Below, one piece after another: positions 49,346-62,000 of a stretch of DNA of 64,000 nucleotides. Origin of the DNA: Phoronis australis (taxonomy: Eukaryota; Animalia; Phoronida); NCBI GenBank assembly GCA_002633005.1, contig NMRA01000323.1:1-64000 (forward strand), in the 5' to 3' direction. The position numbers and the translations under genes were made by a program. Position 1 is the first letter of the stretch; each line of letters opens with the position of its first letter. The notes beneath the pieces were generated by a model. It worked only from the letters and a program-made list of their open reading frames with translations. It did not search any database and was not told the DNA's origin.

Positions 49346-52300
49346 TAGTTTTGTCTACAGGATAATGTACCGTACATGTATGTTGGATTAATCAAAAATA
49401 CATAAAATTGGCAATTTTCAACCCAAAATCGCAATTCACGTGCAACAACTAGGCACAAGCAGACTACGCACACAGATCCCAAAATATTCCGGATTCCAAA
49501 AATTGGGAAGACAATGAGTGTCAACCAGACTGTTTTTACTAACCTAGTCTGAGGGGTACCTGAATTTCCATACAAAACTTGCCTTGCCTACAAGAAGTAG
49601 TTTAGTGTTTAAGAACCAGCCTCGGTTGGGGCAACAAAAGGTATTTTATTTTTCAAAATCAGATCCAAATTAACAAATAAACAAATACCATTGACAGCCC
49701 CCAAACATATAGTAACCCTCAAAATAGCCAGACAATTCAGCACGTGCCCATTTCTTATGAAATTTGGCGGGGGAATTCTGGTGCCACCATAACATGAAAA
49801 CTCACCTGTAACACGGGACTGGTCTGTTACAATAGTGGGGGTTCGTTTGTAACACTCGGACTTTCTTGTAACACTCAGGGGATTCGTCTGTAGCACGGGA
49901 CTTGTCTGTAACACAGAACAAGGAAAATGTCAGTTGCATGCAAGCCTAAAGTTATCAAAATGTTTCAGACGTTCTACGGGATACAGTGGTATACGTTTAA
50001 CATCGAGTTGACTGAAAATAGTGAACTGAATAATAGCATCGCTTTCCAGCGCGATCCGTAGTTACATAGCTTCCGGCTCCAACAAAATATCATGCTTGCA
50101 CCCACTAGATTTATTATTCGGCAACGACAAACAAGAAATGGGGGCGTAAGAAATACAGCGGTCCTCCTATGACGGAAACGACCCTGGTCATATGCGAACA
50201 TCATGAGTCCATTTAGCGACAGTCTTTCCTCGTTTACTATGAGAACAATGCTTATCATTTTAGATAAAAAATCACGAGAAGGTCGTCCATAGATGAAGTT
50301 TTAGCTACAATATGCATTTATACATTGGAAAATTGTCAATGTGGTGTGTGCACTTCGCTATGTACTAGGGATTGTAAGGTAAACAATCGCTCGTGTTTGT
50401 GTGATCACCTGCCTCGCTCAGTTGTAATACATGGTAATATCTCACAAAGTTATGCGTGTTGTCTGTTGCGTTTTCGCAAGATTCCCGCTATGAACGTGTT
50501 TTGACTTTTGTCTTGAATGCCAGCCAGATAAATGGTGCGTTAACTATTCAATCTGAAGTGTGACATCCACGATATAGGTACAGGGATGCGTGCATCATTC
50601 TTCGGATCTCCCCCGAGACATAACCGTTGACTACGTCTGGCCGCACCAACTTCCTAAAAAGGCGCCGTCATTAATAAAACATCCGTTTTCTGACCACTAA
50701 ACACGACTTGACAATCCATTTTTTGGCTACGTAAGACCTTCTCTACATGTAAGTCTGCCTAAATACCGGGGTTTACCGAAAGAGCCTCCAACCAAGAAAC
50801 AACCAGCATGGAGGCTGTTGCAGAAAAAAAGATCTAAAATATCCAACGTTTTTTTCGGGATCGTTTTGTATGCCTGTCAAGGGACAAGTGCATAGGGAAA
50901 ATGACCCGAGATGTCATTATTTTCTCAATTTGGAACCGTTGAAAGATTTCAGCTATTTTGTACAAACATAAGTACTAAATTTATCATTTTTCCATCTTTG
51001 CAGTGCATAAAAAGTCAATAATAGACTAAAATGGTTTACTCTTTATGGCTGTGTAAGAAATAAAATTCTCCTTGTCAGATAAATAAGACACTTGCGGTAC
51101 CTGATACAGCGGCATAAACGTTGCAGTAATGGTTAGTCCTTTACCGTGACCGCTTGGTTTTGCATTAAGATGCTTAAACTATCATTTACCTTGTTTTGAC
51201 AAATGACTTGTTGTCAGCATCATTAAACCTTCCTTTATAGCAAAGCGTACCGTAATCGTGGATACCATATAACAAAAACGAGAAAATAGAAGAAAAACTA
51301 CTTCAGTTGAAAATGTCTTAGCTCCACGGATATGAGTGTGTCCTGAGAGCGTACCCAGCACCAGTGTGTCATGCCCACCAACATTCCGATTTCTGCAGAT
51401 GTGCCATACCCACGCTTCTCCAATGCCCCGTGGAAAAGTAAAAAGCGCCACAGCGTGGTCAAATACTAAGTCAACAGTTTGTGACCTCGCAGGTTATTGC
51501 GAGAACTGGAGTAAATAAAAACACATTCACATGAGAAAAACGACATTATATTTTAAGAAAAAGTTCCGAACAACTGTTGATGTGTTGTCTGGTGCAAATA
51601 CGTGAAATGATATCCAACTTTGCACATTTTTCTAATGCTTCATTATAAATTGTTTGTTATAAATCTCAAGTACAAAGGTGTCGTTCATTTCCGGTCACCT
51701 CGAGATGCAGTGTACTTGTCAGTAGGAGTCTGCGGTTGATCGTCACCACACCTTGCTGGCTTTACAATGAGCCGGGTGCAAAGTTAATGCGTAACCACCG
51801 CTGACAAAAAGTAGCCTGTTGTTGGTGTTAAAATTGATTCACATCTCCTACTTAGATTAGAGATCAAAAAATTTACCTCGATGCGTCGGCGGTTTCTGAA
51901 AACGCAATCTCAGGCTTCAAGACACGTGCCTCTACACGAGTCTGGGGAAACAGACGATGACACACGACGGTACTGGGTACGGAGCTACAAATCAAGCACA
52001 AACCAAACAATGAAAGTTACTGATTCCGAAATTGTGGACGTTAAGCGTATAAGATTGCAGCACAGACGTACGCCAGCCTCATGTATATTTAGTGAAAGAA
52101 TGCGTCATTCCAGGCTGTATAAACACCTCAAGTATTAAACGCCCATTTTTGTCCCTTGCAACCTTTCAGGAAATGAAAAGGATGCTAGACATCTTAGACA
52201 AGAGCGATGCCTATACTATGCAAGCTACAGCGTCATTACGACTTCTCGTACATCATCCATAAGGCAATACACCTGGGTGCTCATCTCTATGAAGATGGAA

Positions 52301-52989
52301 TTAGGCCCTGATGATGGCAGTATTCTTTTACTGATCATGGTTTAGTTCGTTTTCTTGCATATCAAGTCTAACCGAGAATAATTTTACTTCCAAGAAATTT
52401 TAATTGAATGGTAACCCTCAGTTTTCATTACCCTGTCAACGAGAACTTTCTCAACGAGCGGATTTCAGTTGCCATTACGAGAAAAAAACGCGATAAACTA
52501 GGACGAAGGAAACGATATGCAGAAAAGGTCAGAGGTAACGATTGCACAGGTAAAGTTACAACCGGGAAAGGAAGCAAATCGCCCGGGACAAAAAAACTTC
52601 GCGAATATGAGTAGTGAAATCAATTCAGGCTGGCGAGAGCTTTGTTTATTACAGTGTGGCGCTCAAATTCCGAAACTTTTCGTGCCTGTTTTTTCATGAT
52701 TTGCCACGCATACTAGAAAATTCGACAGGCTTATTGCCGGTGACGATAGTCGTTCCGTTTGAAAATACTCACTGGGGTCGTGTGTAAACTGTAATTCATT
52801 GACACAAATGTTCCTACAACTTACGATTACACAGTACTTGTCTTCTAAACGATAATGGAATAATTATTGATGTTTGTAGATATTGTTTTACTGTATATAC
52901 TACGAGTGTATAGTCAGTTTTATAATTAAAAAATATGGCACCAGTGCCTTGCTACGGAGCGCCACTTACATTAATGAAATAATACTTAC

Positions 52990-53066
52990 CTCTCCTTGAC
53001 AGGTTTGTTCTTTTTGTCAGAGACCACAAAAGACGGCGATGGTAACACAGTAGTGTTACTTATATA
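52990..53066 (-). promoter_or_regulatory. Candidate TATA box plus short non-coding first exon
   Basis: TATATAAG at 53066-53059, then about 45 nt of ATG-free exon ending in a consensus GAG|GTAAGT donor (intron starts 52989). CACGTG and TTACGT motifs and a CpG-rich patch lie upstream. Confidence 0.4.
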
Positions 53067-53711
53067 CCTGAGATTACCGCATTCTGCGCGCGCGAGCTAC
53101 GTAACCACAATGATTGTCAGCCGCCAGACGCGTGGCTATTATTAGATGAAATCACCAAGGAAGCACGTGTACAGTACATTTGTCGTGACCATCCAACTAA
53201 ATGAGCGAGTTAGTTTTTGTACCCTGTAAGGCGACCTCGCCTCCTCAGTTAGCAAGCATTCCAGGCTATCTCTTGAGATCAAGGTTTTTGTCCGAGACCG
53301 AGGACCAGGCGTTTAAATACAGGTGATTATAGTGGCCCCTAATTGCCCTAGTTCATGTCCATAGATGTTTTTAAAATAACCATTAAACTCCGGTAGTTAC
53401 CATAAACTTGTTTTATAGTACTTTGTAGGTCCCACATAAAGTAAGCGCGGATGCACGAAATCCAGGTTGTCCGAGTCACGTCTCATAGCATCCAGGTTGC
53501 CCGAGCCACATCCGATTTTTGTAATGCTAAGACCCAATAAAAATATTGGATTTTAACTATTATGGAGAAATGTACTGTAGAGTGCACCCTTTGTCAATCG
53601 TGAGCCTCTCTGGCCATGATCCTGGATCCGCGCCTGTGATAGAATGTCTGTGAAAATGTTACCACTATTTATTTATTTCGCCGAGTTTTAAACATATACA
53701 TAATGGGTCTC

Positions 53712-53815
53712 TGTGTGTGTGCGTGCGTGCGAGCGCGCGTGCGTCTGTGTGTGCGTGCGTTTCTGTGTGTGTCGCTGTGTGTGTCTGTGCTTCTGTGAGT
53801 GGGCATGTGTGCGTG
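53712..53815. repeat. Imperfect (TG)n/(TGCG)n microsatellite
   Basis: Directly visible. Confidence 0.85.
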
Positions 53816-54007
53816 TTCTTGTATGCATATGGCATTTTATATGTATATGCATATATAAATATTTGAGGTCGACTGATAATAAGCTGCTGCACAGGGGCCT
53901 GCAGGACCTGGGAGCCTCCTCTTAGACATCAATGCAGAGGCCCTCCAGCAGTCGCGAAATCCTTTCGCCCAATTGCTGCCTGTTTACAACTCACAAAAGT
54001 ACATATA

Positions 54008-54438
54008 CAGGGCGTCTCGAAAATGCTATTTATTAACAAAGTACTCTGAAATAGGAATGTGAGCAAATGGTGTTATAGGTCACTAATGGTGTTTTCATTT
54101 TATTTTTGTATTCCATGAATCCCAAAGTGCCTTTATCTCGGCACAAGCGTTAGGGAAAATGCCACAGTTTACTTTAATTGCAAAAGATATCACATTTTTT
54201 CAGGCTCCGCACAGCCGATTTTCACTTATTGTTCTCTACCTTGATGCGTCGGCTTTGTTGAAAAATCCTCAACATCAGCTCTGGAGCTGCACAAATGATT
54301 GCGTTTGGTCAAAAAACTTGAAAAGTTGAGTTCTCTGCAGTGAGGTCAAACTGTGACACTTTTTTAAAGAAAATGAACTTTGGGATACGTGAAATAAGAA
54401 AAACACCATCAGTAGTCACTATAACCTGGGACACCCTG
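54008..54438. mobile_element. Tc1/mariner-type MITE
   Basis: TA|CAGGGCGTC ... GACACCCTG|TA, plus inverted subterminal GTTATAG..CACTAATGGTGTTTT / AAAACACCATCAGTAGTCACTATAAC. Confidence 0.7.
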
Positions 54439-56929
54439 TATTTTCTGAATCTCAATCCCTGCCTCGAGACGTGGCGCAACTGTTGAGAATTACGTGACCG
54501 ACATCATTTCTGAAAATTTTCATTCTTGCTTTGAAAATAAAAGAGCTTAGTCACCAGGTGGCGACTTCGTGTTTGAATGAGTCTCGCTTTACCTTCAAAC
54601 AATGGAGATGCCAGATACCAAAATTCAGCCCGATCAAAGTTTTCCATCTAGTACGCATAGGAGCTAGATACAGAACTTGGTTAAGAATTGATTTATAGAA
54701 CTCCTTGTGATATTAAGAGATAAGTAACTCTCAGAATTCTCAGACGGCTTTATTTCACGTAGTCCTTGACCCGCATTACTATTTTGTTATTGAAAAAAAG
54801 ATTGTAACCTATCGGTGGCCAGCTATATCTTGAGAACTTAGCTTTCGGTCCGTCCTGGGCCCCTCGTCGGGGTACTGGGGGAGTTTTCAATGTCACCTGG
54901 CCACATGTGGACGGTGCTTGGCTGTCGTCAAACGCTACCTGGTAGCTGTCACTTGAGAAGAGGCGCTGCTAAATTACAGGTAATTCGTAGCCACTGTCTG
55001 TGTTCAACTCTGGCTTGTTACTGATGATTTCGACTGATTTTTGAAATTTCGGGTTCCAGTATGTACTCTCTCTAGATAAATAACTGTGCCAGATATGAAT
55101 ATTTATTCCATTCGAGTCTCCGATCATGCATACCATTCTAAATTTAAGCTTCTAGCTGCGAATGCACGAGCAGATGAAGGGGAGGGGGGCCCGGGGGATC
55201 CACTACCCCCTGCAGACACGACCAAATAAAAAACATGCCATCAGACACATTTCGTGAATTGGAACCCTGTCCTATATAATTGGGTTTTTATTATACTCAT
55301 AAAATTGAATCTCACTATCTTTCAATTTTCTTGGAGCACGACGAGAATTACGCATAAAATTTGTTGAATTTGAAAACAGTTGACGTCATGTTAAAAAACA
55401 TCATTTGTTCATGCTATTTGTAAAACTGGTTTTCGTTTAAGTTCGTTTTAAGAAAGATTTCTAAAAATGAAGCCAGGATAGAGTATATTGAATAAATATT
55501 GTAATACTGTATTTGCCAGATAAGAAGACTGTATCAATGAATGTGATGTGTGATTGAAGTGTTTGTATATCAGTTGCGATCAACCTTTTCACAGTGGGTC
55601 ACTCAAATGTCATAAATTCGAATTGACGTAATTAAAGGGAAAAGGACAAGAAGCCGTGACCGTCTCTAATTGATGCCTCGAAGTTCAATTGCAAAAATAA
55701 CCTCGCTACTGCAAAAACGCTTCCTTGGCGTTACACACAGAGGTTGAAAACATTAAAAAACCAAAGCCCCGGGAAGATTCTTTAAATCCCAAAAGACGTA
55801 TTCTACAGAATAAATTGACAGAGTGTCATCTGAAGGAAAATCTAGAGAGTAATTTAAATCCAAAATTTATCTCATTATTTCTAATTTGACGAATTGTATC
55901 TCTGAAATCTTGGATTACTTTTAGTAAACATAAGCTAACGGAGAAACAGAACAAGATGATACTGCTAAGTGTGTGGACGACTGTGGGCGTGATCTATAAT
56001 AGGGAGATCTTCGCGTATTTTAATGTACGTCCGTGCCATGAACGTAGATAGAAACTTATTCTTAAGGTTCAGATGAAAAATTCTGTCGATATTATGATCA
56101 ACTTCATAAGAACAACTTAGAGCGTTCATATGCTCCCACCGTGTGCGTCGCACATGTCGCAAATATAAGGGATGATTACTATTTCAAATATTTTCACTAA
56201 AACTTAACGGAGCAATGGAACACGCAGTAAGCTGAAAACAGCTTCTAAGGGGTGCAAAAGTAGTCATCAATGCTGCCTTCAATAGGAACACATCTGCCAA
56301 GATAGTAAAAATAAAACTATCACCAGGGGCGGGCACAGCGGTAGTCACATATATCGAAAAGATGTTGTCATCCGCTGCCAGTCGTGTCCCGTACATAGAA
56401 ATACACCTGATAAATTTCACAAAGCTCTTGCAGGGGTTTAGGAGAAACAGCAAAAATTCCAATAGGTGGCACCACAGCAGTCAAATTGTCACCCATGCTC
56501 TTCCCACTTTGATGATTCTTATATAGAGTAGATTGGCCGATAGACGGACGCCAAAAAAATCACACTCGAAAATAATAAAAATGGGCACTAGGAGGCGTAC
56601 ACTATATCAAACCCATCTGAAAAGGGGAAGGTGTCATCACCCATTTTAACAGAAACCTTTTTGCAAAACTAAAAGTGCGTCAAGGAACTCCTAAGATGCA
56701 GAGGAAAACTGGAAAAATAAAATTACTGCTAGGACTCACGGCGGTAGCCGAATGCGTCTGAAAATCACTATCTTCCGTTAAAAGTACAGAATCAAGGGCG
56801 TTTTTCATTGGCAACTTGACGAGTTGAAAATTTGTTGTGCGGCGACGTCGGATTCTAGAATGCGATCTGGGTCGTGGGTTTTTGTCGCGCTTGTCGCAAA
56901 TGGCGACCTGGCCAAGGTAACGCAGCAGT

Positions 56930-57225
56930 CGATGGCTGATTATACGTCAGAAATCAAGGACAATGCTTGTTTTCAGAGGTAAAAACGAACATTTCCCCTG
57001 AGCAGAAGGGAACCCCGCCTCTCCTGACATCCCCCCATTCGGCGCTACGCGCCTATACAATCGCGATTGTCTATGAGACAAAATATTGCCTCCCACTTAT
57101 CCAAGATTCGTCACTGATACATCCAGCGGTTTTAGAGATACAGCAGCAGACGGCAGACGGACGGACGCCGGGAAAGGGAGGGCGGCATAATGCGCCCACA
57201 TATAAATCTGTAGGCGCGTAAAAAT
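56930..57225 (+). mobile_element. Helentron-associated (HINE/pearl-like) element end
   Basis: (GACG)n-like core then terminal hairpin GCGCCCAC...GTAGGCGC followed by an A-run; the left boundary is uncertain. Confidence 0.35.
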
Positions 57226-58354
57226 CTATTTGTGTAATTATATCAAACTTTAGCTTATTTTCATTGGTAGGACGTTTCGGTTGATCATTCGTGCGCCATC
57301 TTCAAATGTTACTGCATTTTTAAATGAACGAACACAGATATGTTGTGCTCCCATGATTGTCTGATGAGCACATTTCCGGTATTTTTGTATTTTTCCTTGA
57401 AGTAAGGTATAATTTCGAACCAGGACCCTTTCTGGTTGTCAGTCCAGCATGTTAATCATTAGACCACAGAGTCGTGAATTCGAAAGGAAATGTCTGCGAA
57501 TTTCACTTGCAGAATGAATTAAGGGGAAAATTTTATCTATCACCGATGCAGTTTTTGAACATGAGATCGCAAGAGGCATGGTTGTTGAAAATGGTATTGG
57601 ACAATTTGAATGTTTAGTGATGACGTATCTGGCTCGATTGTGACGCAATTTGGGCCCGCAAGTAGTTATAGAAATGCAGTTGCACCACATTGCCAAAAAT
57701 TTCGCAGGTCTTGTATTTTCCCAATTCAAGTAATCACGGGGTCATTTTAGCACTTGAAATGTTTGTGTAAATCGATGTGTTAAGACAACGGTTGCAACCA
57801 TTGTATACTTTTGGACAATTGAGATGGATTAAGATTGACCAAGCTCATAGATCGGTAATAAATTTCAAAGTGTGTTGTGATATTTTACAGCGCTACGCGT
57901 AAGTGGCCTAATAATAATTATTTTCATAATGTTGAAATTTTCATGTTAGTTGACTGGATTCAAGACGTCAAAATGACGTCATTGTCAACCATCGATTACA
58001 TCACAAAATTGTCTCCCTTTTACACGATGGAGAAAATGAATACAAAATCACAGTATAGCACGTGTTTTCTTTAGGTTTCCGTGTCAACAGACAGTAGATT
58101 TATAGACTTGCATAGTGAAATTCACTGACCAAAGAAATTAAACAATGAATCTAAAAATTACCTTTGCCACGATCCGGAAATGCAATTAAGAGCAGGATAC
58201 TGTACTAACCAGCTGGGCTTCCGAAACTGTCGATCAAAGTATGAGAGCGAAAATGCGTCAGATTTAAACTTAGACAAATGTTTTAACACTAGGTCTAAAA
58301 TTTGCCAAAGCTAAAGCGGCTATGAACCCGAGTTCTGTCCAAAAACAGGCGTAC

Positions 58355-58762
58355 TAAAAATCATACGCATCCGATTCATATGCACAAACCACCTACCAAG
58401 CTATGAATCATGGATACGAACCCATGAATCATGAACCCAAAAATCACACGTACGAACAAATATCATGCGCACGAACCACAAAAATCACACATACGAGCAC
58501 AAATCATACGCACGAGCATCTGAATCATACGCCCGAACCACCAAACGATAAAGTGTTCGTGCTTGTGATTCGATGCTCGTGTGTACGATTTTGTGTTCGT
58601 ATGTGCGATTTTCACCTTGTGGTTTGTGAGCATGAGTTTTGTTCGTATGCGTGATATTTTGGTTCGTATGCATGATTCATGGGTTCATATGCATGATTCA
58701 TAGGTTCGTAGATAGTTCGTGCGTAAAATGCGATGCTCGTGCGTATGATTCTACGGTAGCCC
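58355..58762. repeat. Foldback element: arms of about 190 bp made of about 21-bp subrepeats, short loop
   Basis: AATCATACGCACGA(A/G)C-type units mirrored by G(T/C)TCGT(G/A)(C/T)G(T/C)ATGATT units around about 58547. Confidence 0.8.
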
Positions 58763-59785
58763 CGAAGAAGGGAACAGTTAATTTAGACTACTTACAACGA
58801 CAAATTTGGTCTCGACTTGTTCCTTACTGGGATGGGATTACTACTTCTTGGTTTGTAAAATACTAACAGTTCGTAATACCTTGAGACAACACTAGGTGCA
58901 CATACAATGACACGCCGCGACAAGTGCGCGTTTACCGCATCCGCTCTTAGCAATAAAAACTATCGGTTTCTTGGAAGTTGTGCCTGAATCACATCAGATT
59001 TGACAAACGAATATTTTGACACCGATTTTATAACGATGAGTGGCCGCAGTAATTGTTTTTTGTAATGGAAGACAGGTTTATGGGCTTTATCTTGCATTTA
59101 TCGGAAAGTGCTAAAAACACTTTAAGTATTTCAGATTACAAATTAGTGGCTACAAACCTGCGTTCCGTCGAAGAAGCAAATTTTTTATTTAGTCCACTCG
59201 TGATTGTAAAATCGATCACAATTTGTTTTTTATTCGAATGGGAAGCGATTTCTAGGTTTACAAGAAAACTAGTTATTCCTTGAGACGAAGCTTGTCGGAC
59301 AAGGCAACTTGCGGAGTCTGATCTCGAGAAAAAACCGAACTGGTACTTCTTTCGAATTCTTGAAAATTTGACTGAAGAATAATTTGAAACTATAAAACAT
59401 AAAAATACTGAAAATAAATAAACGATACTATGGATAGCCGATTCACGCAGCAGATCGGGATGACACTTTGACAGGTTGGTTTGATTTGATTGGCAGATTA
59501 CGCGTAGAAAACAGAGCGTTGTCTTAACAGCATTGCAGAAACGCAGATTTACCGTAGAAAACAACAACCATTTGATCAAATTAAATTTTTCGAAATTCTC
59601 AGATATTTTGTTGACTGCACAGCCAATATTTTTAAAACGGCATTTCGTTAAATACGGTTACGCGTAACCCTAACTTTGATACAACGATCACATGATGACC
59701 GGCCAAAAGGAAATCACATGCACGCGCTCGTCGGATGTTTGATTTGCATTCATGTCGCCCGACCCCAAATCAGACTGCAGATCAG

Positions 59786-59834
<49 letters not shown>

Positions 59835-59870
59835 CGCCACCGTCGCCGTCACTGCCACTGCTGTTGCTAC
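59786..59870. repeat. (CTG)n microsatellite with CCG/CTA variants
   Basis: Directly visible. Confidence 0.9.
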
Positions 59871-59967
59871 TAGTACACAAGGAACAACTTACCTTCTAGT
59901 GATACTTTGCGTAACTATGTTCTCTGGGAAGTGAACATGTCACACTAGCAGCACCAATCACGAAACT

Positions 59968-60375
59968 TATCGTTGGCCAAAAGGGTGAACGTTACGCACG
60001 TAAATTACGTGCGTGCCTTAATTCTTGTTAGTCGCGTAAATTAATTATTATCAGCGTAAATTAATTATTTGCGGCATAAATTAACTTTTAACAGCGTCAA
60101 TTAATTCTTTACGGCGTAAATTGAAGTTAATTTACTCACGTAATTTACGTGCGTAACATTCACCCATTTGACCAACGATAAATTTACGCCTCAAATAATT
60201 ATTTTACGTCGTTAAAAGTTCATTTACGCAGCAAATAATTACTTTACACCGTACAGAATTAGTTTACGTCTTTAAAAGTTAATTTGCGCTGCAAATAATT
60301 AATTTACGCCACTATCAAGAATAAATTTACCAGCGTAATTTACGTGCGTAAAGTTCACTCCTTTGGCCAACGATA
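59968..60375. mobile_element. Foldback MITE with duplicated right terminus
   Basis: TATCGTTGGCCAAAAGGGTGAAC.TTACGCACGTAAATTACG mirrored twice (ending 60180 and 60375); internal TAATTAATTTACG-like subrepeats. Confidence 0.75.
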
Positions 60376-60649
60376 CAATTTACCCAGAGCGTCTATAAAA
60401 GCGACACCAAGAAAGGCAAATATCGACTACTAATACCACGGGTACCACGTGTGTCAAGATGGTCACCAACTGTCAATCAAAGGTATCCCGAGACGGTTTC
60501 TGCGTGTAGGTCCTGATGTATTTACCATACAACTAAGAAGACTGATTAGCCAATTCCAGAATGTGACCGCTTGGCATGCATGTAACCTGTGCAATTTTGT
60601 TAAAATAATGTCAAGGGAATGAGAAAAACCAAGATTTACCAAGTGCTGG

Positions 60650-62000
60650 CCTGTACAAGAAATTTCGCAATGTCAACGTTTCTTCATCGACATTTGTACC
60701 ACAGATTCCAGATGTACCAGAGTTTGATGGCAGAGCAATAAATAAGGGCAAGAATGGCTTTGTCGAATTTAGAATTACTGAGTAAAACAGTTATCAGGGT
60801 ATCTGCACCACAAGCTCAGCTCGTGCGTTTGTCGTCTGTCGTCTGCAAGGTTGTGACAACCATGCATTGTATGCCGAACTCTTGCGCAAGGAGCAAATCA
60901 TTTCAAATTAAGATTACATCACTTGTGACCGAATGAACTCGAAACCGCCCATTTAAATGTCTACGCGACCCAAGCAGAGTCGAAGCAATAAACAACGACT
61001 TTCAGTAATTTCATTACATCACATTGCCTAAAATCGCGTCAACTTTTCGTTTATCACAAATTCAAAAGCTAACGTAGAAGAATTTAAAGAACTTGAAATA
61101 ATAATAACTGGCACTTAACGATAACAAAGTGCCAAACTGAACTGTAATCTACATGGGGCAGTGGTGGGCAAACAAGAAGTGAGCGCATGCGCCCCAGGTC
61201 GACACAAGTTTAGCCCCTCCCTCCATTCGCCATCAAATTCACCCCTGGTCGACGATATGTGGTCCCCCGTAATATCTGAGAATTTGTTTACTATTCTATT
61301 CATTCAAGTCTACTGTAGGACGGTACATTAGTATAAGAATTAGTATTATAAATATTAATAGTAGTATTAATGTATGGGCGGCACAGCACTGAAAACGTGG
61401 GAGGTAAAGCCCCCCCTTCCAGCCCCTCCCCCCCCCCCTCCCCAGCCACCTATGGTGCGCCGCCCATGTAATGGTGAGCAAAGCAAAGGAGTCTTCCTGA
61501 GACATTACTGAACGAAACTGTTTGTTTCATGTTCAATAGGACTGCGTGCACTCTCAGCCGAGAGTTGGAGAGTCAGTTTACCTCCAGTTTAAAACAGGAG
61601 TCATCAAGTAAAACAGAATTCCGTTTTCAAAGCCTCAAGTTTTTAGCACTTTTAGTAGCGTCCAAATCAAACATTGGATTTTCAATTTGCGTTTTGCATT
61701 TTGAAATTTGGCCGAAAACCGCCTTTTGGGATTATTGTTGGACAACAAAAAACTCTGACGCGATTTTGTAATTTTATTCATTCGCCAATTTTCCCGTTAT
61801 CTGCCAGACATTCAATGAGATCGAGGTTGGTGGGTACCAGTTAAATACGCTTGAAATACTCGTAGAGCAAATTGCCTCCAGCGTAGGTTGCGTCCACACT
61901 TCCACCAATCTCGCGAGAACTCGTTCCAGATGTAAATTTCTAGGGTAACTCGTACTGTGGACGGCACTCAAGTTCGTTGTTTGCCGCTGTTATTCCTTGT
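60650..62000 (-). mobile_element. Highly decayed LINE 3'-end remnants
   Basis: Weak echoes of LINE RT C-terminal motifs (YPR...WNE near 61920; L.DDRR...EL near 60830); boundaries are vague. Confidence 0.25.
61373..61468. mobile_element. CATGGGCGGC-type micro-MITE with 5-bp TSD
   Basis: TIR (C/T)ATGGGCGGC, TSD TAATG. Confidence 0.75.

Noticed and set aside
52308-52335. CTGATGA hammerhead-like start
   Set aside because: No GAAA core after the putative helix II.
59676-59934. Poly-Cys and poly-Ala ORFs
   Set aside because: Products of the CTG microsatellite with no gene context.
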